The translations under genes were made by a program, and so were the position numbers. From Escherichia coli (GTDB lineage Bacteria > Pseudomonadota > Gammaproteobacteria > Enterobacterales > Enterobacteriaceae): a DNA stretch of 64,000 nucleotides. Below, piece after piece: positions 43,788 through 54,818 of the stretch (the first letter of the stretch is position 1; each line of letters starts with the position of its first letter). Below the pieces are notes generated by a model. The model made no database searches. It saw only the letters and a program-made list of their open reading frames with translations, and was not told the origin of the DNA. The DNA is taken from NCBI RefSeq assembly GCF_044647545.1, contig NZ_CP172818.1; one strand, given 5' to 3'.

Positions 43788-43825
43788 GTAGGCCAGATAA
43801 GACGCGTCAGCGTCGCATCTGGCAT
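43788..43825. repeat. REP (repetitive extragenic palindrome) element
   Basis: The sequence is gtaggccagataagacgcgtcagcgtcgcatctggcat, a typical E. coli REP consensus. Confidence 0.7.
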
Positions 43826-43854
43826 AAACAAAGCGCACTTTGCGACAATCCGAA

Positions 43855-43879
43855 CAGAGCCCGCCATTGGCAGGCTCTG
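43855..43879. terminator. Hairpin between the convergent fimH and gntP
   Basis: The hairpin cagagcccgcc-att-ggcaggctctg is followed on the + strand by gtgttctttt. Confidence 0.45.
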
Positions 43880-43887
43880 GTGTTCTT

Positions 43888-45231
43888 TTACGCTACCATG
43901 CTAATAATCAACACAATAATCAGCCCAACCACGGAGTTGACCAGCTCCAGCAGTCCCCAGGTTTTCAACGTGTCTTTTACCGACAGGTCAAAGTAACCTT
44001 TGAACAGCCAGAATGAGGCATCATTAATGTGGGTGAGGGTGTTGGAACCCGCAGCCGTCGCCAGCACCAGCAGCGCCGGATTCACGCCAACCAGCTGACC
44101 GGTTGCTGGATCAAGGATTGCAGCACTGATAATCCCGGCGGCGGTCATCGCCGAAACGACACCCTGACCCGTCGCCAGACGAATTAGCACAGTGATCAGC
44201 CATGCCATAATGTAGGGCGAGATATTGCCGTGGGACATCAACATGCCGATGGTGTCGCCAATGCCGGTGTCGATGATAGTTTGCTTCAACACGCCACCCG
44301 CACCGATGATCAGAATCACCATTGCAATGCTTTTCACCGCACTTTCAAAAGCGTTCATCACCCACTGCATGTCATGACCACGTGCGGTGCCAAAGAGTAC
44401 GAATGCAACCACCATCGCAATAAACATTGCAATCGGCGAGGAACCGATAAAGTTAACCACTTCCCAGGCAGGGGTATCTTTTACCAGCCAGATATTGGCG
44501 ATGGTGGTGGAGATCATAATGATCGCCGGGATCAGCGGCACCAGAATCGAAACGCCGAAAGAGGGCAGATTGTTCATATCTACCGGTTGATCTGCTTTCA
44601 GGAATGATGGCGTTGGGCGCTCAAGATTGCCGAGGAACTTCGGCAGGATCAGACCTGCGCAGATTACACTTGGGATCGTCACCAGTACGCCATAGATATA
44701 AACCATCCCCATATCTGCGCCATAAGCATTCACCAGCGCCACAGGACCCGGCTGCGGTGGGAACAGTGAATGTGCGGTAGTGGCAGCTGCTACTGCCGGG
44801 ATCGCCAGTTTCAGGAACGGAATTTTAGCTTCGGCGGCAATGACAATAACCAGCGGCGCTAACATGATAAAGGCCACTTCATAGAACATCGCCAGACCAA
44901 AAATCAGGCCGATGATAATCACCGACAGCTGTACATAGCGCAGACCGAGACGCGCCAGCAGCGTATGTGCTATCTGGTGAGCCGCGCCGGAGTCGACCAT
45001 CAATTTACCGATGACCGCACCGAACACCACGATGATAGCCAGTTCCCCCAGCGTGTTGCCGAAGCCCGCTTTCATGGTGTGCAGCAGCGACATCAAATCC
45101 ATGCCCGCCAGCATCCCGACGGACAGCGCCGCCACCAACAAAGCCACCATTGAATTGATTTTGAACTTCAAATTCAGTACCAGCATCAGACCAATGCCGA
45201 ATACCACCCAGAGAATGTTAAGCACATGCAT
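43888..45231 (-). CDS. gntP: Fructuronate/gluconate:H+ symporter
   Basis: 447 aa, [32 protein letters not shown]... GntP family. Confidence 0.95.
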
Positions 45232-45284
45232 AACGTTTTACCTTACCTGGTTGAACCGTTGTTATTTTGGGCGACATGTTATGT

Positions 45285-45301
45285 AAATTGGTCAACCATT
45301 G
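45285..45301. promoter_or_regulatory. UxuR/ExuR-type operator palindrome (gntP side)
   Basis: The sequence is AAATTGGTcaACCATTg, with the core TTGGTnnACCA. Confidence 0.5.
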
Positions 45302-45393
45302 TTGCGATGAATGTCACATCCTCTGATCAATAACCATCGATTACCCTTTGCTGCAATTTGCAGCAACAACCAGGAGAGTGAAATTCTTGTGAT

Positions 45394-45410
45394 GTGGTTA
45401 ACCAATTTTA
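45394..45410. promoter_or_regulatory. UxuR/ExuR-type operator palindrome (uxuA side)
   Basis: The sequence is tgTGGTtaACCAATTTt, followed by ttgaca-like gggttgacatg. Confidence 0.5.
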
Positions 45411-45570
45411 GAATTCGGGTTGACATGTATTACCAAAAGGTAGAACTTATACGCCATCTCATCCGATGCAACGCCACGGCTGCGGTCTGGTTGTTCATCC
45501 GGATACCTAAACAACTCCAGGGTTCCGCGTCTCTTTGCTGTGGAACCCACTATGTGAAAGAGGAAAAATC

Positions 45571-46755
45571 ATGGAACAGACCTGGCGCTGGTACGGCCCA
45601 AACGATCCGGTTTCTTTAGCTGATGTCCGTCAGGCGGGCGCAACTGGCGTGGTTACCGCGCTGCACCATATCCCGAACGGCGAAGTATGGTCCGTTGAAG
45701 AGATCCTCAAACGCAAGGCGATCGTTGAAGACGCAGGCCTGGTATGGTCTGTCGTAGAAAGCGTGCCAATTCACGAAGATATCAAAACCCACACTGGCAA
45801 CTATGAGCAGTGGATCGCTAACTATCAGCAGACTCTGCGCAACCTGGCGCAGTGCGGCATTCGCACCGTGTGCTACAACTTCATGCCGGTGCTCGACTGG
45901 ACCCGTACTGACCTCGAATACGTGCTGCCAGACGGCTCCAAAGCTCTGCGCTTTGACCAGATCGAATTCGCTGCATTCGAAATGCATATCCTGAAACGTC
46001 CAGGCGCGGAAGCGGATTACACCGAAGAAGAAATTGCTCAGGCAGCTGTTCGCTTCGCCACTATGAGCGACGAAGACAAAGCGCGTCTGACCCGTAACAT
46101 CATTGCTGGTCTTCCGGGCGCGGAAGAAGGGTACACCCTCGACCAGTTCCGTAAGCACCTGGAGCTATATAAAGATATCGACAAAGCCAAACTGCGCGAA
46201 AACTTTGCCGTCTTCCTGAAAGCGATTATTCCGGTTGCCGAAGAAGTTGGCGTCCGTATGGCTGTTCACCCGGACGATCCGCCGCGCCCGATCCTCGGCC
46301 TGCCGCGCATTGTTTCCACCATTGAAGATATGCAGTGGATGGTTGATACCGTAAACAGCATGGCGAACGGTTTCACCATGTGCACCGGTTCCTACGGCGT
46401 GCGTGCTGACAACGATCTGGTTGATATGATCAAGCAGTTCGGTCCGCGTATTTACTTCACCCATCTGCGCTCCACCATGCGTGAAGATAACCCGAAAACC
46501 TTCCACGAAGCGGCGCACCTGAACGGTGACGTTGATATGTACGAAGTGGTGAAAGCGATTGTTGAAGAGGAACACCGTCGTAAAGCGGAAGGCAAAGAAG
46601 ACCTGATCCCGATGCGTCCGGACCACGGTCATCAGATGCTGGACGACCTGAAGAAGAAAACTAACCCAGGTTACTCCGCAATTGGTCGTCTGAAAGGCCT
46701 GGCCGAAGTTCGCGGTGTCGAACTGGCGATCCAGCGCGCTTTCTTTAGCCGTTAA
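45571..46755 (+). CDS. uxuA: D-mannonate dehydratase
   Basis: 394 aa starting at [43 protein letters not shown] gaggaaaaa. Confidence 0.95.
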
Positions 46756-46835
46756 TATCCACCGGCATGGCTGCGCGCCGTGCCGGTTCCTTCTTCCTTG
46801 CCGTCACTCTCTGAAGACGGATTCTGGAGTTTACG

Positions 46836-48296
46836 ATGACTACTATTGTTGACAGCAATCTGCCGGTTGCCCGCCCGTCATGGGTGCATTCTCGTCTGGA
46901 ATCACGCATTGTGCATCTCGGTTGCGGGGCGTTTCACCGCGCGCACCAGGCGCTGTATACCCATCATCTGCTGGAAAGTACCGACAGCGACTGGGGTATC
47001 TGCGAAGTTAACCTGATGCCAGGTAACGACCGTGTGCTGATTGAAAACCTGAAAAAACAGCAACTGCTGTACACCGTGGCGGAAAAAGGCGCGGAAAGCA
47101 CCGAACTGAAAATTATCGGTTCGATGAAAGAAGCGCTGCATCCGGAAATCGACGGCTGCGAAGGTATTCTCAACGCGATGGCGCGTCCGCAGACGGCGAT
47201 TGTCTCTCTGACGGTCACGGAAAAAGGCTACTGCGCTGATGCGGCAAGCGGTCAGTTGGATCTCAATAACCCGCTGATCAAGCACGATCTGGAAAACCCG
47301 ACTGCGCCGAAGTCTGCGATTGGTTACATCGTCGAAGCCCTGCGTCTGCGTCGTGAAAAAGGGCTGAAAGCGTTTACGGTGATGTCCTGCGATAACGTGC
47401 GTGAAAACGGTCATGTGGCGAAGGTCGCGGTACTGGGGCTGGCTCAGGCGCGTGACCCGCAGCTGGCGGCATGGATTGAAGAGAACGTCACCTTCCCGTG
47501 CACCATGGTTGACCGCATCGTTCCGGCGGCGACGCCAGAAACCTTACAGGAAATTGCTGACCAGCTGGGTGTTTATGACCCGTGCGCCATTGCCTGCGAA
47601 CCGTTCCGTCAGTGGGTGATTGAAGATAACTTCGTTAATGGTCGTCCGGACTGGGATAAAGTGGGCGCACAGTTCGTTGCAGACGTTGTGCCGTTCGAAA
47701 TGATGAAGCTGCGTATGCTGAACGGCAGCCACTCTTTCCTGGCATACCTCGGTTACCTCGGCGGCTATGAAACTATTGCCGACACCATGACTAACCCGGA
47801 TTATCGCAAAGCGGCCTTTGCCCTGATGATGCAGGAACAAGCGCCAACGCTGTCGATGCCGGAAGGTACGGACCTGAACGCCTATGCGACGCTGCTGATC
47901 GAGCGTTTCAGCAACCCGTCTCTGCGTCACCGTACCTGGCAGATTGCGATGGACGGCAGCCAGAAGTTACCGCAGCGTCTGCTGGATCCGGTGCGTCTGC
48001 ACCTGCAAAACGGCGGCAGCTGGCGTCACCTGGCGCTGGGCGTGGCTGGCTGGATGCGTTACACCCAGGGCGTGGATGAGCAGGGTAATGCCATTGACGT
48101 GGTCGACCCGATGCTGGCCGAGTTCCAGAAGATTAACGCGCAGTATCAGGGCGCAGACCGCGTGAAAGCGCTGCTGGGCCTGAGCGGTATTTTTGCCGAT
48201 GATCTGCCGCAGAATGCCGACTTTGTTGGCGCGGTGACGGCGGCATATCAGCAGCTGTGCGAACGCGGTGCGCGCGAGTGTGTGGCTGCGCTGTAA
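46836..48296 (+). CDS. uxuB: D-mannonate (fructuronate) oxidoreductase
   Basis: 486 aa. Mannitol dehydrogenase family, with N-terminal IVHLGCGAFHRAHQA. Confidence 0.95.
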   Translation: MTTIVDSNLPVARPSWVHSRLESRIVHLGCGAFHRAHQALYTHHLLESTDSDWGICEVNLMPGNDRVLIENLKKQQLLYTVAEKGAESTELKIIGSMKEALHPEIDGCEGILNAMARPQTAIVSLTVTEKGYCADAASGQLDLNNPLIKHDLENPTAPKSAIGYIVEALRLRREKGLKAFTVMSCDNVRENGHVAKVAVLGLAQARDPQLAAWIEENVTFPCTMVDRIVPAATPETLQEIADQLGVYDPCAIACEPFRQWVIEDNFVNGRPDWDKVGAQFVADVVPFEMMKLRMLNGSHSFLAYLGYLGGYETIADTMTNPDYRKAAFALMMQEQAPTLSMPEGTDLNAYATLLIERFSNPSLRHRTWQIAMDGSQKLPQRLLDPVRLHLQNGGSWRHLALGVAGWMRYTQGVDEQGNAIDVVDPMLAEFQKINAQYQGADRVKALLGLSGIFADDLPQNADFVGAVTAAYQQLCERGARECVAAL

Positions 48297-48336
48297 CTAA
48301 CTGATTACCCTACAGACTTACTGGTCAATCAAACTG

Positions 48337-48356
48337 ATATTTGGTTGACCAGTTTT
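48337..48356. promoter_or_regulatory. UxuR/ExuR-type operator-like palindrome upstream of uxuR
   Basis: The sequence is atATTTGGTtgACCAgtttt. Confidence 0.4.
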
Positions 48357-48439
48357 CGTTTTTTTGCCCACCTGTACGTGCCAACTTCCAGTGCTAATGG
48401 TATAGTTTGAGATTAACGGGTGCCGTAAAATTGCCCGTT

Positions 48440-48474
48440 GTAGGCCGGATAAGGCGTTCACGCCGCATCCGGCA
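48440..48474. repeat. REP element
   Basis: The sequence is gtaggccggataaggcgttcacgccgcatccggca. Confidence 0.75.
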
Positions 48475-48510
48475 AAAATTTGATTAACCGCACCTAACGG
48501 ACACAACACC

Positions 48511-49284
48511 ATGAAATCTGCCACCTCTGCGCAAAGACCTTACCAGGAAGTCGGGGCGATGATCCGCGATCTGATCATAAAGACGCCGTACAATCCTGGC
48601 GAACGGTTGCCGCCGGAGCGTGAAATTGCAGAAATGCTTGATGTCACGCGGACGGTGGTACGTGAAGCGCTGATCATGCTGGAGATCAAAGGGCTGGTGG
48701 AAGTGCGCCGGGGTGCCGGTATCTATGTTCTTGATAGCTCAGGCAGCCACAACACAGACAGTCCGGATGCCAACGTTTGCAATGATGCGGGTCCTTTTGA
48801 GCTGTTGCAGGCGCGACAGCTTCTTGAGAGCAACATCGCCGAGTTTGCCGCCCTGCAGGCTACCCGCGAAGATATCGTCAAAATGCGTCAGGCATTGCAA
48901 CTGGAAGAGCGTGAACTGGCTTCCAGTGCGCCGGGCAGCAGCGAAAGCGGTGACATGCAGTTCCATCTCGCTATTGCCGAAGCAACGCATAACAGCATGC
49001 TGGTGGAGCTGTTCCGTCAGTCCTGGCAGTGGCGGGAAAACAATCCAATGTGGATCCAGTTGCACAGCCATCTGGATGACAGCCTGTATCGCAAAGAGTG
49101 GTTGGGCGATCACAAACAGATCCTCGCCGCGTTAATCAAAAAAGATGCCCGAGCGGCGAAGCTGGCAATGTGGCAGCATCTGGAAAACGTTAAGCAACGT
49201 CTGCTGGAATTCTCGAACGTTGACGATATTTATTTTGATGGCTATCTGTTTGATTCATGGCCGCTGGATAAAGTCGACGCCTGA
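48511..49284 (+). CDS. uxuR: GntR/FadR-family repressor of hexuronate genes
   Basis: 257 aa with the wHTH ..ERLPPEREIAEMLDVTRTVVREALIMLEIKGLVEVRRGAGIYV.. and an FCD domain. Confidence 0.95.
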   Translation: MKSATSAQRPYQEVGAMIRDLIIKTPYNPGERLPPEREIAEMLDVTRTVVREALIMLEIKGLVEVRRGAGIYVLDSSGSHNTDSPDANVCNDAGPFELLQARQLLESNIAEFAALQATREDIVKMRQALQLEERELASSAPGSSESGDMQFHLAIAEATHNSMLVELFRQSWQWRENNPMWIQLHSHLDDSLYRKEWLGDHKQILAALIKKDARAAKLAMWQHLENVKQRLLEFSNVDDIYFDGYLFDSWPLDKVDA

Positions 49285-49296
49285 CTTATTATAATA

Positions 49297-49325
49297 AGCG
49301 CAAGGGTAAACGTTCCTTGCGCTTT
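49297..49325. terminator. Bidirectional hairpin terminator between uxuR and yjiC
   Basis: The hairpin aagcgcaagg-gtaaacgtt-ccttgcgctt is flanked by T-rich and A-rich runs. Confidence 0.6.
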
Positions 49326-49424
49326 CTTAAATTAAGAAGTCGCAATGAGTATTACTTTGTAAATTGCAGGGGATTGTTTAGCTATCTGTATAACCTGAAT
49401 GTTAGTACTCATTCTTCCTGGTAG

Positions 49425-50099
49425 TTATTTACCAATATAATTCCATTCACCATTTTTTAATTCAAACAGTTCTGGAAGAGATGACGGTTGCAGAGTCATA
49501 CGTTTGAGTGGTGCATTTTCATCACCGGGATAGGCTTCTATACCAATTATTGGGTCATTACCCAACTCAATATTAGCATTAAGTAATGCGGCAAGGGCGA
49601 ATCCGGAAGAATTTGCTACCCCTGTTACCGTCATTATCTGATCAATATAGATATCAATCCTTGGCTGCTCATTGGTCCATCTTTTTGCCTGAGAAGCTGG
49701 AAGGGTTGAAATATATCCTATCGTGGTTCCGGCATAACCAGGAACATTGCAACCAGGGCCTAATGTTATTTCATGAACTGTATAGTCCTCAACAGGATCG
49801 AAAGGGCCTTTCATAAATAAATTTAGCCGTAATCCTTTTGCTAACTCTGTGGCAGCATGCGCCTTTTTACATATACCACCATATATTTCGTCTAAAGCTG
49901 AGGTGATTTTCAAGTTTCGATAGAGCATACGTCCTGTTGTTGTAATACCATTGAATTCTCTGCATGTTTCTGTCACATAATTAAATGGCCAGGACTCTTT
50001 ACTAATATCAAGTTTTCTAATTTCGACAACGCTTTTTCTATCGTAATTATGGTTATTGCCACGAGCAAGAGGCGGAAGATAGATATTTTCCGTATCCAT
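49425..50099 (-). CDS. yjiC: Uncharacterised protein (AT-rich gene)
   Basis: 224-aa ORF, MDTENIYLPPLARGNNHNYDRKSVVEIRKLDISKESWPFNY... An in-frame upstream extension (MSMPLSNALQS*IITDNHFLHHPKVDSELTRKHERAR) is interrupted by TAA at 50175-50177, so the true start is uncertain. Confidence 0.7.
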   Translation of the reverse strand: MDTENIYLPPLARGNNHNYDRKSVVEIRKLDISKESWPFNYVTETCREFNGITTTGRMLYRNLKITSALDEIYGGICKKAHAATELAKGLRLNLFMKGPFDPVEDYTVHEITLGPGCNVPGYAGTTIGYISTLPASQAKRWTNEQPRIDIYIDQIMTVTGVANSSGFALAALLNANIELGNDPIIGIEAYPGDENAPLKRMTLQPSSLPELFELKNGEWNYIGK

Positions 50100-50881
50100 G
50101 CGTGCACGTTCATGTTTACGTGTTAACTCACTGTCGACTTTTGGATGATGAAGGAAGTGATTATCTGTAATAATTTAACTCTGAAGGGCATTGCTTAATG
50201 GCATAGACATAATAGTTACCTTTATGAGTATTTCACTGATGCTTAGAAAAATAGATAAATTTTTCTGTAGTAAAAAGAGAAGTAAACAAATGACATGCAT
50301 GTTTCTGTTGTAGTGATATCAACTCTACACAGTGATATTAAATGGTGGGAAACACTCTAAAGTATCAAAAAACGCTCATTTAAAATTATTTGCATGCAAT
50401 TTAAAAGCATATCTTATTACTAATTGGAATTTGATGTTGCTATATTGATGTCTATATTAATAATGCCTGTGAATGGTATTTTTGATGTATTTGATATGTT
50501 ATCAATTTATATTATTTACAAACTAATTGTTTTAAATAATACATAGCTGATTATGCGGAAATAAATAATTTCCCACCGGAATTAAGTAGCGGTGGTGACA
50601 AGTATTTTCATCTACGTAACTATTCGGAATATTCAGAATATACTAGCGGTTTTTTTTTGAGTTTGATGATTTTTATCAAATCATGACTTTTTTCCTGAAA
50701 AGTCAGTAGATATTCATAGGCAAGTAAGGTTTTATACTTTGCTGACAGGATTCAGGCCTGTCTCAGACTGACATGGATGTAATGAACAAAAGGGAATGGC
50801 TATGGAAAATGAGCATCAATACAGTGGTGCCCGGTGTTCAGGGCAAGCCGCATATGTTGCTAAACGTCAGGAGTGCGCAAA

Positions 50882-51274
50882 ATGATGCGCCAATCACGTC
50901 AGGCTGTTTTACCTGAAATTTCAGGCAATAAAACGTCATCGCTGCGTAAATCAATATGTAGCGATCTCCTCACTCTTTTTAATTCTCCTCATTCGGCATT
51001 ACCGTCATTACTTGTTTCAGGCATGCCCGAGTGGCAAGTGCATAACCAGAGCGACAAACATCTCCAGAGCTGGTATTGCCGTCAGCTGCGTTCTGCACTG
51101 TTATTTCATGAGCCACGGATTGCGGCGTTGCAGGTCAATCTGAAAGAAGCGTACAGCCACACGCTGGCGATCAGCCTTGAGATAATGCTGTACCACGACG
51201 ATGAACCGCTAACGTTTGATCTGGTCTGGGATAATGGCGGTTGGCGTAGTGCGACGCTCGAGAATGTCAGCTAA
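50882..51274 (+). CDS. iraD: Anti-adaptor protein IraD (stabilises RpoS after DNA damage)
   Basis: 130 aa starting at [54 protein letters not shown]/gp25-like fold family. Confidence 0.88.
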   Translation: MMRQSRQAVLPEISGNKTSSLRKSICSDLLTLFNSPHSALPSLLVSGMPEWQVHNQSDKHLQSWYCRQLRSALLFHEPRIAALQVNLKEAYSHTLAISLEIMLYHDDEPLTFDLVWDNGGWRSATLENVS

Positions 51275-52178
51275 GTACAATCTCCAGCTCGCGCAGTTCA
51301 CGCCAGAAGCGTTCGGCAACTGGATTCATGCGGGTATTCATTCGGTATGCATAGGCCTGAATCGGGATCACCAGTTCGTCCCGATTCAGTACAACGAGCT
51401 GCCCGCTGCGAATTTCTTGTTGGATGGCGTACTCCGGCAGCCAGGCAATCCCACAGCCGTCGAGGGCAACCTGCTTTAAAAGCTCGCTCATCGAAGAGAC
51501 AAAAAAGGTGCTGAAACTTAACTCACTGTGGCGCGTCAGGGTGCGATTAATCAATCGCCCCATGTAGGAGTTGCGGCTGTAATTCAGTAACGGAAAGTGT
51601 GGCTGCGCGAGGTTAAAAAGTGCTTCTCCGTGTTCGTCACTGGCGCAGACAGGGAACAATTGAGATTCAAATAAGCGAATGTGGTCAAACGGCGCTTCCA
51701 GCAAATCTTCGTCGTGAAAGGAAAAAATACAGTCACTTTGCCCTTCACGCAGTTTATCGACCGCTTCATCGACATCAATAGCTTCAATTGCCCAGGTAAA
51801 GAGCGGCGGCATCTGGCTGATAATGGACGGTAACAGCCCGAGGGAAAGAGAGTGTGCAGCGGCTATTTTAATTTTGCGTTGCGCGTAATCGCTGCCACCA
51901 CGGAGTTCTGCAAGGTTGCTCTCTAACTGTTGCAACAGATGGCGGATCTGCGAATGGAATATTTTACCTTGTTCCGAGAGTTGCAGCGGCGTCACCTGGC
52001 GGTTAAACAATTCAACGCCAATCGCCTGTTCCAGCGCACGGATGCGGCGGCTGAATGCCGGTTGCGAGACGTTGCGACTGACTGCTGCCTGGGAAAAATT
52101 GCGGCATTTTTCCAGGGTCAGAAAATCATAAAGCCATTTAGTTTCAATATTATGCAAAACCGCACCACAGTCATCCAT
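51267..52178 (-). CDS. hypT: LysR-family hypochlorite-responsive regulator
   Basis: 303 aa with the HTH ..[26 protein letters not shown].. Its 3' end overlaps the iraD 3' end by 8 bp (convergent genes). Confidence 0.92.
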   Translation of the reverse strand: MDDCGAVLHNIETKWLYDFLTLEKCRNFSQAAVSRNVSQPAFSRRIRALEQAIGVELFNRQVTPLQLSEQGKIFHSQIRHLLQQLESNLAELRGGSDYAQRKIKIAAAHSLSLGLLPSIISQMPPLFTWAIEAIDVDEAVDKLREGQSDCIFSFHDEDLLEAPFDHIRLFESQLFPVCASDEHGEALFNLAQPHFPLLNYSRNSYMGRLINRTLTRHSELSFSTFFVSSMSELLKQVALDGCGIAWLPEYAIQQEIRSGQLVVLNRDELVIPIQAYAYRMNTRMNPVAERFWRELRELEIVLS

Positions 52179-52242
52179 TACGTTTTACTCTGTCAGCCGC
52201 CCTTGCGGGCATTCTACGTCCATTCGGGCGGCTGACAACCGT

Positions 52243-53415
52243 TTATGCCGTTTCAAACGTTCCTTTCACGCAGGCTTTGCCGTCTTTGACCATCAGCTTG
52301 CCGCGAGCGTATACCTGCTCAATGCGTAATTCTGGCGTCATGACCAGTAAGTCTGCGTCATTGCCTGGCAGAATTTCGCCTTTCCCGCTCAGGTTAAGGA
52401 AACCGGCTACGCTACTGGTGAGCGGGCGCAGGGCATCGCTGATACTGAAATCATAATCTTTGACCAGCACCTGCACGGTTTCCAGCAACGTTTCAAAACC
52501 GGCAACACCGATATGGGTTAAATTCCCTTCGTCATCGAAGAACGGCTGGCTACCGTTGCCGTCGGAGCTGAGGGTGACGCGTGCCAGCGGAATACCCGCC
52601 TGAACGGCGCGGGCAATACCTTCGGCAGGGGCGACTGGTTCGTCAATGCTGCTGGTGATATCGATGGTGCCGCCTTTGCGCGCGAACTCCAGCGCCTGCT
52701 CAAACAACGGAACGTTGCGGTTAACGTGGGTCGGCAGCAACTTGCTAATCGGCACATCGCAGTTTTCCAGCAGGTCATAGACAGGCTGTAACGCCTTTTT
52801 GCTGTCGCCCATGTGGAACACGGTGACGCCAGGTTTACCGCCGAGCAAACCGCCAACGCGGGATTCCGCCGCCATATTAGCCAGGTGATAAACGTCCGGT
52901 GCGGCAGAACGGTGATCAGAGATGGCGCATTTCACGCCAATCACGCGATCGATAATCGCCACGTCTTTTTCCACGGAACCCGTAATAGTGCGGGAAGGGA
53001 CATGATAAGCGCCGGTCAGCATCCAGGCGCTGATGCCTTCTTCATTGAGCGCACGGGTCTTGGCGAGCAGGGATTCCGGGTGGCGAGAGATAGAGTCGGT
53101 GCCCAGCAGACCAACCACTGACGTGACGCCTGCTTCCGTCAGACGACTTAACGCCACTTCCGGCGTGCGCGTCGTGGGACCTGCTTCGCCGCCACCGCCA
53201 ATCAAATGGACGTGTTGATCAATAAAACCTGGGCAGAGGATCTGCCCGCTGAGATCGACAACCGTGCAGTCCGGTACAATGTCAGAAGGGATATTACTGG
53301 CAACGGCGATAATTTTGCCGTTAGCGACGAGGACATCGCAAATTCCCCGATCTTCCGGCGCATACAAATGCGCTCCCTGCAGCAGGGTAAAACCGGCTGC
53401 GGTATAATCAATCAT
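52243..53415 (-). CDS. iadA: Isoaspartyl dipeptidase (amidohydrolase superfamily)
   Basis: 390 aa with the metal motif GFIDQHVHLIGGGGE. Confidence 0.95.
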   Translation of the reverse strand: MIDYTAAGFTLLQGAHLYAPEDRGICDVLVANGKIIAVASNIPSDIVPDCTVVDLSGQILCPGFIDQHVHLIGGGGEAGPTTRTPEVALSRLTEAGVTSVVGLLGTDSISRHPESLLAKTRALNEEGISAWMLTGAYHVPSRTITGSVEKDVAIIDRVIGVKCAISDHRSAAPDVYHLANMAAESRVGGLLGGKPGVTVFHMGDSKKALQPVYDLLENCDVPISKLLPTHVNRNVPLFEQALEFARKGGTIDITSSIDEPVAPAEGIARAVQAGIPLARVTLSSDGNGSQPFFDDEGNLTHIGVAGFETLLETVQVLVKDYDFSISDALRPLTSSVAGFLNLSGKGEILPGNDADLLVMTPELRIEQVYARGKLMVKDGKACVKGTFETA

Positions 53416-53427
53416 GGTAACTCCTTG

Positions 53428-53889
53428 TTAAACAATAAGCTGCATAACCCAGATCGACAGCAATGCGTTAATCACGCAGACCGTAATGATATGCGGGTAA
53501 TATTTGGCATTCACTTCGGCTGTCCCCAGGCAGCGACCGACATTTTGCACCGGGTTGCCCATTAAATACATCGCGGGCAGTAAAACGGTGACATCGTGAC
53601 CGGTTAATGCGCCAGCGGTTGCCAGACTGGCGGCAACACCGACTGCGCCGCCCATACTCATTAATGCGGCTAAAAGGACGGTTGCCGCTTCACCGGGTAA
53701 TCCCCACAGCGCCATTACGGGTTCACAGATATGCCCCACCCAGTCGAGCAGGCCGGTAATTTTCAGCGCCTGAATGATGACAAACGCCATCACCACGTTT
53801 GGCAGCAGGTTGGTCGTGGCGATAGTAAAGCCACGGCGCGCACCATCGATAAACATATCCATGACGTTTTTGCGGACCTGAGTTGTCAT
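53428..53889 (-). CDS. yjiG: Inner-membrane protein with a nucleoside-recognition (Gate/SpmB-like) domain
   Basis: 153 aa and hydrophobic. It overlaps yjiH by 4 nt. Confidence 0.88.
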   Translation of the reverse strand: MTTQVRKNVMDMFIDGARRGFTIATTNLLPNVVMAFVIIQALKITGLLDWVGHICEPVMALWGLPGEAATVLLAALMSMGGAVGVAASLATAGALTGHDVTVLLPAMYLMGNPVQNVGRCLGTAEVNAKYYPHIITVCVINALLSIWVMQLIV

Positions 53890-54569
53890 GCTTGCGCTCC
53901 TTGCGTTGGGTTGCGACGTTCTTCGAAGTTAAGCCAGACGCGCAAAATGTTGGCTCCGACAAATTTAAACACCAGGATGACTGCTAAAGGTACGATTACG
54001 GACGTGCCCAGAAAGGCAAACACCGCGACGCCGGAAGAGAAGTAGTTGGTGATAATGGCGCTACCACTGGTTTGATATGCGGCGAAAATCACTTTATCGC
54101 GTTCGGTAATTTCACCTTCCTGCGCCAGCTCTTTGGTCATACCTGCGGCGGCATCGGTGTTTTGCAGGTTAGCGATCAGCGCCAGCGAGCAGATCCCTGG
54201 AATGCCCAACAACGGTTTTAGCACTGGCGTCATTAACTGCTGCGCGGCGCGTAATCCGCCAAGACCATCGGTAATTGAAATAATCCCCAGAGAGAGAATG
54301 ACTGACGGTGCCAGCTCCAGCGCAAAGAGAAAGCCATCTTTAGCCCCCGCGCCACCCGCGCCGCGAAACGAGGTGGTGGCTCCGTTCGCACCAGGCAGTT
54401 GCCCAAACGATCCGTTCAGAACGGAAAAATCAAAAACGCGCCACCAACTGTCTGTCCCGGAAAAAACACCGGAAAAAAAGATTATGGTGAGAAAAAAAGC
54501 CAGATACCCTTTAATGCCCACTTTTTCTGTCGCCAGCTCCCCGGCTACAGCATCCCCTTGTTGTGTCAT
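53886..54569 (-). CDS. yjiH: Inner-membrane protein with a nucleoside-recognition (Gate/SpmA-like) domain
   Basis: 227 aa starting at MTQQGDAVAGELATEKVGIKGYLAFFLTIIFF. The track ORF starts 4 codons earlier. Confidence 0.88.
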   Translation of the reverse strand: MTQQGDAVAGELATEKVGIKGYLAFFLTIIFFSGVFSGTDSWWRVFDFSVLNGSFGQLPGANGATTSFRGAGGAGAKDGFLFALELAPSVILSLGIISITDGLGGLRAAQQLMTPVLKPLLGIPGICSLALIANLQNTDAAAGMTKELAQEGEITERDKVIFAAYQTSGSAIITNYFSSGVAVFAFLGTSVIVPLAVILVFKFVGANILRVWLNFEERRNPTQGAQA

Positions 54570-54818
54570 AACAATCCCCATTGTTTTTTTGTGTTTGTGT
54601 GTTGCTTGAGCCAGGAAAATTCCTGGAGCTGAAAAACCTTATCAGCCATGTGGGTATGGGGAAAATGCAAGTATGTTTCTGACTATGCGTTTTTTGCATA
54701 GCGGTAAAATTACGCTGTGTGGAAAAGGTTCTACGCAGGATTGAGTTGCAGAAAATTCATAAACCCAGTGACAATGACATAGTAAATAAAAAACAGATAA
54801 TCCAGGGACGAAAACGCG

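Noticed and set aside
50100-50215. An in-frame TAA (50175-50177) between a possible upstream start (MSMPLSNALQS) and the 224-aa yjiC ORF, which could make yjiC a pseudogene.
   Set aside because: I cannot tell without a reference whether the long form ever existed. The 224-aa ORF with its own ATG is a sufficient explanation. I noted this in the feature evidence only.
50100-50881. The 780-bp AT-rich non-coding stretch between yjiC and iraD, considered as a possible hidden gene or sRNA locus.
   Set aside because: It contains only very short ORFs (for example MTFFLKSQ*). iraD is known to have a long, complex upstream regulatory region, and small proteins have been reported here. I cannot support specific coordinates from sequence alone.
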